The notes under the pieces are model-generated. The model ran no database searches. It saw nothing but the letters and a program-made list of their open reading frames with translations, and had not been told where the DNA came from. From an uncultured virus (IMG/VR IMGVR_UViG_3300032456_000001) (lineage: Duplodnaviria > Heunggongvirae > Uroviricota > Caudoviricetes), in IMG/VR virus record IMGVR_UViG_3300032456_000001: DNA of 27,892 bases, one strand, 5' to 3'. This document shows positions 15,908-25,789 of the stretch, piece by piece (positions within the stretch are counted from its first letter, which is position 1; every line of letters begins with the position of its first letter). Both the position numbers and the translations under genes were made by a program.

Positions 15908-16044
15908 CTAACAAACTAGACATGACACTAGAGCAAGCTCAATTGAGTGCTTAGGCTCTAGACTGAGATTATTAAATAGCTTACAACTAAGCTATAATAA
16001 TTGAATAAATCGTTAAAGTACAAAAGTAAAGATTGGAGGAAACA

Positions 16045-16482
16045 GTGGGCGAAGCAAAAAGACGGCGCAAAAATGATATCAATTATGGAGTAAATGTGAT
16101 GAAAATAAACAATCCCTCTCCCAAAGAAGAACGGAAAGCTATTGTAGTAGCTTTTTGGCGCGCAGATGGAAAATATCTAACAGAGCAAGAAGTTTCAACG
16201 GGCAAGAGTATTGTTAGATTTTGGGTGTACAAAGGAATTGTACATACCAACAGAACAGATAAATTCATAAGAATTTCCCCGGCAACAGAAACGGACAGAT
16301 ACAAGAATTACAAAGACATAATAGACTCCGCTGTTTGCGATTTATCTGGAAAGCCAGATGGAGTGTGGTATTTTCAATTCAGACGAGGGTGGTATAGTGA
16401 ACCACTGCCAGATGGATTTTTAGAAGCTTTAGAATATAAGGGTAACTTAATGCCGAATGAACTTTTAGAAGCCTTAAGATAA
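16045..16482 (+). CDS. Hypothetical protein (MGEAKRR N-terminus)
   Basis: GGAGG RBS at 16035-16039 before GTG at 16045. Confidence 0.8.
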   Translation: MGEAKRRRKNDINYGVNVMKINNPSPKEERKAIVVAFWRADGKYLTEQEVSTGKSIVRFWVYKGIVHTNRTDKFIRISPATETDRYKNYKDIIDSAVCDLSGKPDGVWYFQFRRGWYSEPLPDGFLEALEYKGNLMPNELLEALR

Positions 16483-16713
16483 GGTCACTTGACTTCAAAG
16501 CAGTAATAAAGGGTAACACAGATTAATTGAAGCTAATTAACACCCTATCAGGCGTGATAATTGCAGAATTTCCGACTGTAGCTATTAGCATTCTTGCCGA
16601 AAAGTTCAACCTGTGAAATTGAGATATACTTCAGTGTCAATAAATCAGTCATAATTAAAAATATCTAGTAATTGGCGGCAATTCAATCTGCTTATACTCC
16701 TATCCTACAACCT

Positions 16714-19350
16714 ATGACAGTTAATGCAGCCGCTAGACCTAACAAATTACTCGTTGCCGGATTAGAGTTTCCTGGTTTCGCTCGATTCGTGTGCGACGAG
16801 AATGAGTTGGACACCAGCGGCCTCATTTACGCTACGGGGACGGTTGAAATCCACGACCATCACCTAAACCCGCAAAAGCTTAACGATAGGCTGAATCGTT
16901 GGTGGTGTTGGGGGAAAAAGTTAGAAATTCAAATATTGAATGGCAACGGAACCTACAAGCTACACCCGCGTGGCACTCAATACTTGATTCGGTCATTCTA
17001 CAACTTTGCCGATTGTCAGCTTACAATTCAAACTGGCTGCCTGCTGTCGCTGCTGAAAAATCGGTCAATTGACGACTTCAGGGAAGACAATAAAATTCCT
17101 AAAGAAACGCCTTCTACGCAGCAGGAACAGCAAGACGGCTACACAGAGTCAACGTCTGTAATCGTAATCTCATACTCCTCACCAGGCGTATCGTTTACGT
17201 CATCCAGTAGTTCAGGTTCTCCGCCTCCACCCGTTGTCGTACCAAAAGGCGATTTAACATTACCTGAGATATTTCGAGAGTTTCAGAAATCAAAGTTTTA
17301 CGATATTCAGGCAGTCGTTACCTTCTTACTGGGTAGGGCTGGAGCAACTAAGATTTACGGTAGTGTTACTGGACAGATTAGGGGGCCTATCAACTTTAGC
17401 GGTTCACTGATTCAGCAAGCCGGAGATTTGTGCTTTAAGGCTTCTCCCCCTAGCTACCTTTGGGCGGACAAAGACGGCATCCGAATTACTAAGATTAACA
17501 TTACAAACAATCCGACCGCGCTGGTAGTTGTAATTGGCAAAGATGAAATTGAATACGCACCTTTGGACAGCGGACTAGACGCAATTAAAGAGTTAGTTGT
17601 ATCGGGAAGTATTGACAAGAAAAATACAGAGAAACCCGACGGCAGTACCGAGACAGTTAACCCTGACGGCAGTAAAGAAAAAACTTCAATCACTCAAGAT
17701 TTTGGGCCTGAGACAATCATCAATATTAACGGCAGTCCCACAACGGAAGTGCTGCTATCAACGACAACAACGGTAGAAAAAATAGAGCCTGGTCAAAAAA
17801 CTGTTACAACAACAAAAGTAGAGCGGCGCGGGCTAGCAGTTCCTGGCGCTAAAACTAATCGCAGCGCATTTGTAGAAAGTTACAGAAGTATCAAAACTCA
17901 ATATTTTAGCCAGATTCCCAGTAATAATGGCAGACTAGATTATGAAGAAGAAATCATCAACGAGCCTGTCTGCAAAGTCTTTGCTGGCTTCTTTGGAGCT
18001 TATGCCGACGTAAACTTTACAATGCCTTCAAGTGTTACGGGCGTTGGTGGACAGACTTTCCCTGCTGATAACTGGCTGTTAAATACTACTCAAATCCTAA
18101 GCAGCAAAACTCGGACAAATTATACCTACAATTCTAATGGAGTGCAAACCGCTACAACCTCAGTAACTGAAGAATATATTTCTAAAATCCTGACTAATTA
18201 TTGGCCGTTTATCGGAACACTTGCACCTAGCGGACAAACTACTGAACAGTGGATGCGTTGGGGCTCAAATGAGATGCACCGTGTTACAGCTAAAACAACT
18301 TATCAAGCTAGATTCTCCGCTGAAATTGAAGCGATGGACGAAAAATTGTGGAAGGATAAAGTTTCAGTGAATATTACTGAAGTTACAGCTATTCCTACTT
18401 ACACTCGTGTGGGAGATGTTGAGAGTTCTAGTACAGTAAGTTATAGCACTCGGAATATCAACACGTTTCAAGTCAAACATCAAACGCGGATGTCGCTAAT
18501 GACCGAGAAAGATGGCGACAAAATAGAACTCAGTCGCTCTGGACTTGCCAATGCTCCGGCAACTGAATACTTACCCGCATATTCAGCCGCTGGAACAGAT
18601 GGCGAAGGCTTGGATGATTGGGAAGACGAAGAGAAAAAGATTAAAAAACATTGGAACTTTGACCTAGAATGTTCGGGTCAAACACCGCCCAAAGAGTTTG
18701 CAAGTATTGGCAAGGTTCCGACTGAAGCAATTCTCAAGCAAATCGCAGCAATTCTGTATTTTTACAGACAAGGAAAGAGTAAAGCTTATGAGTTGACAAT
18801 TGCCCTTAACGATTGGTGGCTGTCCAACTTGTACCGCCCGGTACTGACAGTGCAGGTGGTTGAGCCGGATGAGAACGCAATGACTTACTTGCTCACAGGC
18901 TTGAACTTTTCTTGCGAACCTGATGCTAACTTAATTCTGGGTGACTTGTGGTGGATTGGGGGAACGGCAAACTCTTTGATTAGCAGCGCGCAAGGAAATT
19001 GGCTTGTAAGTAATGCTAATATTGTTGATAAAGCCGTTGTGTTCGTAGTTGGCGACAGAGTTGAAGTTGGTTTGACTGGTGGAATTATTCCCGGTATTGA
19101 GCCTAGTCGCTATTGGGTGTCAGCAGTACAAGTCGTTGAAGGTAAACAGCAGATTCAACTTTCGATAACTGAGGGTGGCGCGGCTGTACCTGTAACTGGT
19201 GCTATCATTGGGCAACCGAGAATCACAACAGTTGTAGCAAAGCAACCTGTGCTAGCATTTGCTCAACTCAAAGAATGGTTGCAAATTACATCTACCGATT
19301 GGTTGAACACGAGTTTAAATGACTGGTTAATTACAGAGGTTGGCAATTGA
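16714..19350 (+). CDS. Putative tail tip / baseplate hub protein
   Basis: About 880 aa, Thr/Ser-rich and beta-strand-like; first large gene after TMP/Dit once the island is discounted. ATG at 16714 is likely; the ORF is open from 16672. Confidence 0.65.
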   Translation: MTVNAAARPNKLLVAGLEFPGFARFVCDENELDTSGLIYATGTVEIHDHHLNPQKLNDRLNRWWCWGKKLEIQILNGNGTYKLHPRGTQYLIRSFYNFADCQLTIQTGCLLSLLKNRSIDDFREDNKIPKETPSTQQEQQDGYTESTSVIVISYSSPGVSFTSSSSSGSPPPPVVVPKGDLTLPEIFREFQKSKFYDIQAVVTFLLGRAGATKIYGSVTGQIRGPINFSGSLIQQAGDLCFKASPPSYLWADKDGIRITKINITNNPTALVVVIGKDEIEYAPLDSGLDAIKELVVSGSIDKKNTEKPDGSTETVNPDGSKEKTSITQDFGPETIININGSPTTEVLLSTTTTVEKIEPGQKTVTTTKVERRGLAVPGAKTNRSAFVESYRSIKTQYFSQIPSNNGRLDYEEEIINEPVCKVFAGFFGAYADVNFTMPSSVTGVGGQTFPADNWLLNTTQILSSKTRTNYTYNSNGVQTATTSVTEEYISKILTNYWPFIGTLAPSGQTTEQWMRWGSNEMHRVTAKTTYQARFSAEIEAMDEKLWKDKVSVNITEVTAIPTYTRVGDVESSSTVSYSTRNINTFQVKHQTRMSLMTEKDGDKIELSRSGLANAPATEYLPAYSAAGTDGEGLDDWEDEEKKIKKHWNFDLECSGQTPPKEFASIGKVPTEAILKQIAAILYFYRQGKSKAYELTIALNDWWLSNLYRPVLTVQVVEPDENAMTYLLTGLNFSCEPDANLILGDLWWIGGTANSLISSAQGNWLVSNANIVDKAVVFVVGDRVEVGLTGGIIPGIEPSRYWVSAVQVVEGKQQIQLSITEGGAAVPVTGAIIGQPRITTVVAKQPVLAFAQLKEWLQITSTDWLNTSLNDWLITEVGN

Positions 19351-19673
19351 TGGAATCGAAAACTTCTTATAATTTTATTGAACCTAAAGGTTATGTTTTG
19401 CCTCAAGTAATAGACTCTCAACCTATCCAAGAATTCGGATGTTTAACTATTTGCGCCATTCGATATTGCTTTGGACGGATGACATATATGCCGTCGTTAA
19501 TTGTTGACGCAACTAAAGCAAATTGGAGCCTACTAACCCCACAGGATAGGGCTATCATTCTCAAAGATGTTGCTCAAGCAATTCAAGATGGTAGGCTGGG
19601 GATGGATTGTGACAAACAAATGTGGCTAGCTTTTTATGATTGGATGATGAGGAAATGTAATGAAACCATATAA
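19350..19673 (+). CDS. Conserved phage hypothetical protein
   Basis: CAIRYCFGRMTYMPSL...LGMDCD...W motif familiar from phage ORFs; TGATG coupling to the upstream gene. Confidence 0.75.
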   Translation: MESKTSYNFIEPKGYVLPQVIDSQPIQEFGCLTICAIRYCFGRMTYMPSLIVDATKANWSLLTPQDRAIILKDVAQAIQDGRLGMDCDKQMWLAFYDWMMRKCNETI

Positions 19674-19953
19674 GCTAAGCTTGCGAGCGGCAATGAGACG
19701 CTACTCCCAATCTCAATCAGCCTTCAATATTCAAAACTCGCTAACTCCCGTTACGGCTGAAACAAACAGAACGCCTCCAGCAGCGGAAATTGGCAAGTTT
19801 CAACAATTTGACGCTGAAGCAGGGCGCTATGTCTTCACCAGTGACACTCAATCAGTCACCGTCTCTTCTAGTCAGATGCTTAGTAACGGACGCTTGGGCA
19901 AAGGACAGAAAGTCTTGTTAGCTCAAGGTACAGCCGACTTTATACCCGCTTAG
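19660..19953 (+). CDS. Small putative tail-associated protein
   Basis: 97 aa; shares FDAEA...SNG..GQKV motifs with the N-terminus of the next gene. Confidence 0.7.
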   Translation: MKPYKLSLRAAMRRYSQSQSAFNIQNSLTPVTAETNRTPPAAEIGKFQQFDAEAGRYVFTSDTQSVTVSSSQMLSNGRLGKGQKVLLAQGTADFIPA

Positions 19954-19955
19954 CC

Positions 19956-22331
19956 ATGCCAGATATTAACGACATTGACGGCCGCCCCGCAATTGAAACC
20001 GATGAACCAATGTCGATTCAAGAAGCGAACCTGTGGGCTTTAGGACAAAGAGACAAAGCAAATGCTCAAAAAGCTGCGATTGAGCGGTTACGGTGTGATG
20101 CGGCTAAACGTCGTGAGAGCAAACCAGCAAATCCACTGGAAACACTGAAGCCTGACCCTAGCTACAGAGTTCGTGAGTTCAACGCTGAAGCTGATGCTTT
20201 TAATGTTGATGGTAGCGACGGCAAGAAATTGCTTGGCAAAAGTTTGAGTAACGGCAACGTTCGCAATGGTCAGAAGGTGCGTTCGTTCATCGCACCAAAC
20301 GGTCAAGTTGTTATTGATGTTAAGCCAAAAGGAAGGGATATAGTTATTCCGAAACCAGAGCCAAAACCGCCCGTTGAAAAAGTTTTAGACAATATTAAAA
20401 TATTGTTTTACGTTGATTCGGAGATTTCTCCCTTTGTTGGATACGATGAATTAACCGTTGAGCGTCTATGGAAAGAACTCTGGATAGGTGGCACATGGCC
20501 TGTTAAAAAAATTTACACGGTCCCAGATGGCTATAGAATGGCTGATGCTTTCATTGTCAACACAGGAGAAAAAGAAGAAGATTATGTTGTAATGGGAAGA
20601 CTTTTCCCTGTCAAGCAAATTCACAAGTGGTATAGCCAACTCAATATATCAGATTACGCAAACACACTAGGAACTCCCGCCGCTATTCTATTCACAATAG
20701 AAAAAGGAATTACCAGTCAACAAGAGTTTTGGGCGGATTCTTGTCCTCCTTATTTTTGGCGATACTGTGGAGGCGGGTTTTTCTATTCCGCTGGTAGTGA
20801 AATAGGAGTAAATACTATAGATGCTTTTTCTGGAAACGTAAGAAGCTATTGGCCCAGAAGCTATAATTGGTACAATGGTTGGCAAAATAACAATTTTGGA
20901 TATGCAAATAATTATATTTCAAAAGGAATAGCATCTAGTTTTACAAGCTTTGCTTTCCATAAAGTTGGGATGTATAGTGGTCAGTCTTATTATGGTAATC
21001 CAGATACCAATTATGTGGTAAAACCTAGCAATACTCATATTCCTTTAATACCAGATTACGATAAATATTCTTCATTGGCTTGGCACACTGTTGATGGTAT
21101 TTATCAACCTCCAGAAATGTTGTTCGGGGTTGATGTTTCTTCATGTTGGTATTTTAAAATTAAAAGTATTAACTCTCAAAACGTTAACACTTTCTATTCT
21201 TTCCAGACCCCTGGTAATATTGAGTTGTCTTCTACACCTGGGGAAATGGGAGTTTCTGGAGAGTTTTGTGTAACTCCAAGTAAAAATTTTAGTATAAATT
21301 ATGAAGCTCCAATTTCTCATTACAACACATCTACTGAACTGTATACAAGCACTACTGGCTTTTTGTATGAACCTTTGCTAGTAAATGACACTGGAGAGAA
21401 AACATTAACTATCAAGCAAATATCTTTAGCTGTATCGCCTTCTCAACAAATTACTTCGGCTAATTCTTTAGTATATTTGTCTGACGCAGGAGAAAGTGCT
21501 ACTTTTAAAAAGATATCAGGCATTCCCGAACTTAACAACTTTAGCGGATTAGGACTTAAGTTTTCGACATATTTTAACGCTAATTATACTGTAGTACCGC
21601 CCTACACTTTCTCAAGTCTATCTTATACTTATTCTGGTTATCTTGACCTGTTGTGGAGTAATACGGTTGTTTGTGATACAGAAATTTACTGGTATCCAGG
21701 CATAGATGTCACTTTTTCTTTATCAGCCAATCAATCAGAAACTAACAAAGAAATATTGTATTTAAAAGATTTTTTGTTACAATTTGCTCAATTTACTGGG
21801 CTAGCGGTTATGCCGTCTGATGACATTCGCAGATCCTCGTCATTTATTGGATATTATTTTTCTATTGACACTATTTGTCAGTATCTAAAACCTTTGTCTT
21901 CCTATATTGATAACAGTATTTATATTCCTTACTGCTTCCTAGATACTAATAAAAAATTTTACGGAACGCAGTCTTTAAATTATGCAGAGCCAGAAAAAAC
22001 AAGAGTTCTTCCTCAGTCCACTAAAGCTATAGTCAAAATAGTAGAATTAAAATTAAATGAATCAACAGAAGAAATAAAGGTTGCACCCAATGTAAAAGAA
22101 TTACCTATATATATGGTAACACCCGAAAACACAGAAAGTCCGACAATAGCGCTAGCCTCCGCTAATTATTGGAGCAAAAGCAAAACAAAGGGAATACCGA
22201 TGCCCGTGTTCACGCCAACACCATCAGAAGTTACAGCGCCACCCACACCCACACCCACACCTACTCCCACTCCCACTCCTACTCCTACTCCCACTCCTAC
22301 TCCCACTCCTACTCCCGGTGGCGGCTACTAA
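19956..22331 (+). CDS. Putative tail / receptor-binding protein with C-terminal Pro-Thr repeat
   Basis: 791 aa in the tail module, with an aromatic/Asn/Ser-rich distal region; ends (PT)12PGGGY. Confidence 0.6.
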   Translation: MPDINDIDGRPAIETDEPMSIQEANLWALGQRDKANAQKAAIERLRCDAAKRRESKPANPLETLKPDPSYRVREFNAEADAFNVDGSDGKKLLGKSLSNGNVRNGQKVRSFIAPNGQVVIDVKPKGRDIVIPKPEPKPPVEKVLDNIKILFYVDSEISPFVGYDELTVERLWKELWIGGTWPVKKIYTVPDGYRMADAFIVNTGEKEEDYVVMGRLFPVKQIHKWYSQLNISDYANTLGTPAAILFTIEKGITSQQEFWADSCPPYFWRYCGGGFFYSAGSEIGVNTIDAFSGNVRSYWPRSYNWYNGWQNNNFGYANNYISKGIASSFTSFAFHKVGMYSGQSYYGNPDTNYVVKPSNTHIPLIPDYDKYSSLAWHTVDGIYQPPEMLFGVDVSSCWYFKIKSINSQNVNTFYSFQTPGNIELSSTPGEMGVSGEFCVTPSKNFSINYEAPISHYNTSTELYTSTTGFLYEPLLVNDTGEKTLTIKQISLAVSPSQQITSANSLVYLSDAGESATFKKISGIPELNNFSGLGLKFSTYFNANYTVVPPYTFSSLSYTYSGYLDLLWSNTVVCDTEIYWYPGIDVTFSLSANQSETNKEILYLKDFLLQFAQFTGLAVMPSDDIRRSSSFIGYYFSIDTICQYLKPLSSYIDNSIYIPYCFLDTNKKFYGTQSLNYAEPEKTRVLPQSTKAIVKIVELKLNESTEEIKVAPNVKELPIYMVTPENTESPTIALASANYWSKSKTKGIPMPVFTPTPSEVTAPPTPTPTPTPTPTPTPTPTPTPTPTPGGGY
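22242..22316 (+). repeat. Hexanucleotide coding repeat (CCY ACW)12 CCC encoding (PT)12P
   Basis: Read directly from the sequence. Confidence 0.95.
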
Positions 22332-22335
22332 TTTA

Positions 22336-23112
22336 CTAAATTGGAACTATAGCAAAAGTCGGATTAAACTTAACCTTGATTCTGTGAGTTTCCTTCATCC
22401 CTCTCCTGTCTAGAGCTTCCTGAATTGCTGATTGAATTAAAACAAAAAAATCAATTGCTAGTTTGTCGCCCGTAACAGAGTTTTCGTGTTTCCTGTATTG
22501 ATACAGATACTCATTTATTTTCCCTATTTCTGTAATTTCCGACAGTCGCAAGCAAATGTCATAGTCCTCAATTGTGTCAAATTCCGTGCGAAAACCACCA
22601 ATTTCTAGGTACGCAGATTTTCGCATCATTCGGAAATGAAACGCCATGAAAACCGATAAGATTCGCTCTTTAGAATACGGAATAGAACATCGCCAGCCGG
22701 GCCGCATTTTTTGCCCATTCGCATCAATATCTACATAATTTGTATACACCAACCCCCAGTCGGGATTATTGTCAAGCGCTGCGACTGTTAACTCGATTGC
22801 CTGTTGTTCCAGTAAATCATCAGAGTCAAGTTGCCCGACATACTCTCCCCGTGCCGCACTAAACCCCGCAATCAGCGCATTTGCAGCCCCTCTGTTAGCG
22901 TCATCTGCTGGTCTGTTGGGGTTGGTCAATACCCGAATTCTAGGGTCATGCTCCGCGAAGTTCTGGGCAATCTCTAAGCTCCCATCTGTGGAACCGTCAT
23001 CAGAAATTATCAGTTCCCAGTTTTTGTCTGTTTGCCAGATGACGCTTTCGATGGCGGTTTCAAGGTAACGCTTGCGGTTATAAACTGGGATAACAATAGA
23101 AACAAAAGTCAT
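22336..23112 (-). CDS. Glycosyltransferase family 2
   Basis: VSIVIPVYN, DDGSTD, LDSDD (DxD) and EDYDICLRL motifs. Confidence 0.95.
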   Translation of the reverse strand: MTFVSIVIPVYNRKRYLETAIESVIWQTDKNWELIISDDGSTDGSLEIAQNFAEHDPRIRVLTNPNRPADDANRGAANALIAGFSAARGEYVGQLDSDDLLEQQAIELTVAALDNNPDWGLVYTNYVDIDANGQKMRPGWRCSIPYSKERILSVFMAFHFRMMRKSAYLEIGGFRTEFDTIEDYDICLRLSEITEIGKINEYLYQYRKHENSVTGDKLAIDFFVLIQSAIQEALDRRGMKETHRIKVKFNPTFAIVPI

Positions 23113-23156
23113 ATAAATATACAGACAAATTATTCATCAAATATAGCAGATTCATG

Positions 23157-24047
23157 TTAATTTTGCGTTACACATTTATAGCCAAGCTTTTCTAAGTTGC
23201 GCCAATTTGTTAATTCAATATTTTCTACCTCTATGGCGCTTAATTCATTACGCCAAGCATCAATCCTTGCTGATTCAATTGGCTTAAAAGTCATTGGATT
23301 TAAACCAGCCTGACTTGGTAGCACTAAGTTCAACTCCGCATTCTTCTGATAGAACAACAGCATTGACTCGTCAAAATCCAAGCCTAGCCAGTTACACAAT
23401 TTTAATAATTCTATTGACGGATTTGCGACCAACTCTTCGTACCGAATCAGAAAGAATTGGTCGCAGTCGCGGTATTTCTCAACTAGCTTCGTTACGGCAT
23501 CCCACTGACGCGCCATTCCTTCTAAGTCTCTGGGGCCAGTCCAAACCTTTTCCGCTCTTAATTCTTTTGATAAAATTGCTTGCAATGAACTGTAGCAGGC
23601 TCGAAAATCTCGAAGAATCAAAACAACCCTAGCACTTGAAAAGTGTTTCCAAATTATTTCTAATTGGTGGATATGGCAAGGGTTTTTATCTCCCCAGACC
23701 AAAGAGGTTGGAGCAAACTGCTGAAGATAGCCTTGGTATACCGAGTTTATGGCTAGCGCATAGCTTAAAAAATTATATCTTTTTAAATCCCTAGATAAAG
23801 CTTGTCGATTGACACCCCACTGGCAAAATTTAGGAAATCTTGATTTGTCGTAAAGACTGTTTAAAAAATCTTCAATCTTGTTTGACAGGTTTCCGATGTT
23901 GCCGTACTCTTTTTCTAGAGAAATGAAAAAAAGACTTTCAGGAGGAATGCAAATACCCGGATGAGTCGTTAGCAGTAGTCGTAAAAGAGTCGTGCCAGAA
24001 CGTGGCGCTCCTGTTACAAAAATAGGGTTAACTTGGTGATTAAGCAT
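23157..24047 (-). CDS. Sulfotransferase (PAPS-dependent)
   Basis: 5'-PSB loop GAPRSGTTLL, WGDKNP, LRDFRACYSS and RYEELV motifs; ATG at 24047. Confidence 0.93.
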   Translation of the reverse strand: MLNHQVNPIFVTGAPRSGTTLLRLLLTTHPGICIPPESLFFISLEKEYGNIGNLSNKIEDFLNSLYDKSRFPKFCQWGVNRQALSRDLKRYNFLSYALAINSVYQGYLQQFAPTSLVWGDKNPCHIHQLEIIWKHFSSARVVLILRDFRACYSSLQAILSKELRAEKVWTGPRDLEGMARQWDAVTKLVEKYRDCDQFFLIRYEELVANPSIELLKLCNWLGLDFDESMLLFYQKNAELNLVLPSQAGLNPMTFKPIESARIDAWRNELSAIEVENIELTNWRNLEKLGYKCVTQN

Positions 24048-24082
24048 AAATACAAAGAATAACAACTGAAACTTTAAAAAAT

Positions 24083-24937
24083 TTATTTATAACTTGGCAT
24101 TTCCTTGATTTCTTGAATTGCACCCATCAAAAGTGGTTGAGTTACAGTTTTAAGTTGATGTTGCAAGATAGCAGTTTTAGCAGCATTCTGAGCAACTTTT
24201 ACAACCTGTGCAGCAGAGAATCCGTCCATTTCTGGCAGCAAAATATCCCAGTCTAACTCTTCCGTTTGAGTAGTTTTTGGAAAAGAAACTTGCAACGTAT
24301 GAACCAGTAGCAATTGAACTTCACGCTTGCTCGGTTTTGGTAGCTCAATCACGTCATCAAATCGTCGCCAAACCGCCGAATCTAAAGATTTGGTCAAGTT
24401 GGTTGCCATCACAATCAACCCATTGTCGGGATTGTATTCGTCTAAAACTTGCAAGAAAGTATTAACTATTCGCTTAACCTCGCCAACGTCTTTATTGTCT
24501 TCTCTTGTTCTGAGGATAGAATCACACTCATCGAAAAACAAAACGCATGGAGTTTCGCTAATCTCGTCAAAAACCTTTCTTAGATTCTTGGCTGTATCTC
24601 CTAAAAACGATGATAAAATTGAGTCAAATTGCACTTTAACCAGTGTTAAGCCAGTATTCCATGCTAGACGCTCGGCTCCAAGGGTTTTCCCACAACCAGG
24701 GACTCCGTACAACAGAATCTTTTGCCTGTAGTGCAGGTTGTGAACAGCCAATCTAGCTCGTGCTGCATACTCGCACTCAATGCGACGGAATCGGTCTTCA
24801 ACAGCATCGGGTAGCACCATGTCGTGCCGTAGTTTTTCTCGCTCTACAATTGTTGCCATTGATAACTTGTCTCGATTCAATGGTAATGGAATCAACGTCC
24901 TTTCAAGGATTGATTGTTTAGTGGCGGTTCTAGGCAT
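24083..24937 (-). CDS. AAA+ ATPase, IetA-like (family usually paired with an S8 protease)
   Basis: Walker A GVPGCGKT, Walker B FFDECD, sensor ATN and LDSAVWRRFD. LRHDMVLP...EYAAR.RL...AERLAWNTGL resembles the S8-associated ATPases as I recall them. Confidence 0.85.
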   Translation of the reverse strand: MPRTATKQSILERTLIPLPLNRDKLSMATIVEREKLRHDMVLPDAVEDRFRRIECEYAARARLAVHNLHYRQKILLYGVPGCGKTLGAERLAWNTGLTLVKVQFDSILSSFLGDTAKNLRKVFDEISETPCVLFFDECDSILRTREDNKDVGEVKRIVNTFLQVLDEYNPDNGLIVMATNLTKSLDSAVWRRFDDVIELPKPSKREVQLLLVHTLQVSFPKTTQTEELDWDILLPEMDGFSAAQVVKVAQNAAKTAILQHQLKTVTQPLLMGAIQEIKEMPSYK

Positions 24938-24971
24938 GATATTATTGTTTTAGTGTTATTAAAATTGTATC

Positions 24972-25748
24972 ATGCAACGATTCTTTTTAGTCGGATGTCC
25001 TCGCAGTGGCACGACAATTTTTCAAAGCTTATTAGCCGCGCATCCAGAAATCAATACATTTCCAGAAACTAAGATTTTTCAATACACCTTATGGGATGGA
25101 TTTCGGCACAAACTGCCTGAGCGGTTGCAGCGTTTCTTTTATTTTGAAATAATGCGTCCAGAGTTGCTAGAACCTTTTAGAGAATGTCAGACAACTGAAG
25201 AGAAGATAACATGGTTTATCGGCGTTTTGGATGGATTGACAATTGAGAACGAGAAAAATATCTGGGTAGAAAAGACACCCGAACATATATTTTTTATTCC
25301 TGAAATTCAGCGCCATGTTCCTGACGCAAAATTCATTCATATCACTAGAAACGGGTTAGATACAATTGCATCTTTGTGGGAAGCTACCCACATGACCGAA
25401 AATCAACTATGGGGCGGACAGTGGACGTTAAATCATTGTATACAGAGATGGAAAGATTCTATCAAAATCACCGAGAAGTACGCTGAGAACAAGAATCATT
25501 TGATGGTTGAATACGAACGACTAATCTCCCACAAAGTCGAGGTATTGACTGAGTGCTGTAATTTTGTCGGCATTGACTACAGCCCTGTCATGCTCACTGG
25601 TTACAAGTTCCAAGCTTTAAACCTGGGGGGAGGAATGCCGTGGCATCAGGGTATTGACAGAGATATTGAAGCACCCGCAATTCCTAAATACAAGAAAGTC
25701 TTTCAGCAGCAAGAGATTGAATATATCCTTGACAAAATTCAAGAGTAA
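24972..25748 (+). CDS. Sulfotransferase (PAPS-dependent)
   Basis: GCPRSGTTIF, WVEKTP, TRNGLDTIASL and EYERL motifs. Confidence 0.93.
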   Translation: MQRFFLVGCPRSGTTIFQSLLAAHPEINTFPETKIFQYTLWDGFRHKLPERLQRFFYFEIMRPELLEPFRECQTTEEKITWFIGVLDGLTIENEKNIWVEKTPEHIFFIPEIQRHVPDAKFIHITRNGLDTIASLWEATHMTENQLWGGQWTLNHCIQRWKDSIKITEKYAENKNHLMVEYERLISHKVEVLTECCNFVGIDYSPVMLTGYKFQALNLGGGMPWHQGIDRDIEAPAIPKYKKVFQQQEIEYILDKIQE

Positions 25749-25789
25749 TTTTGGTGACATTAACTTTGAACTATTCATAATTAATATTC

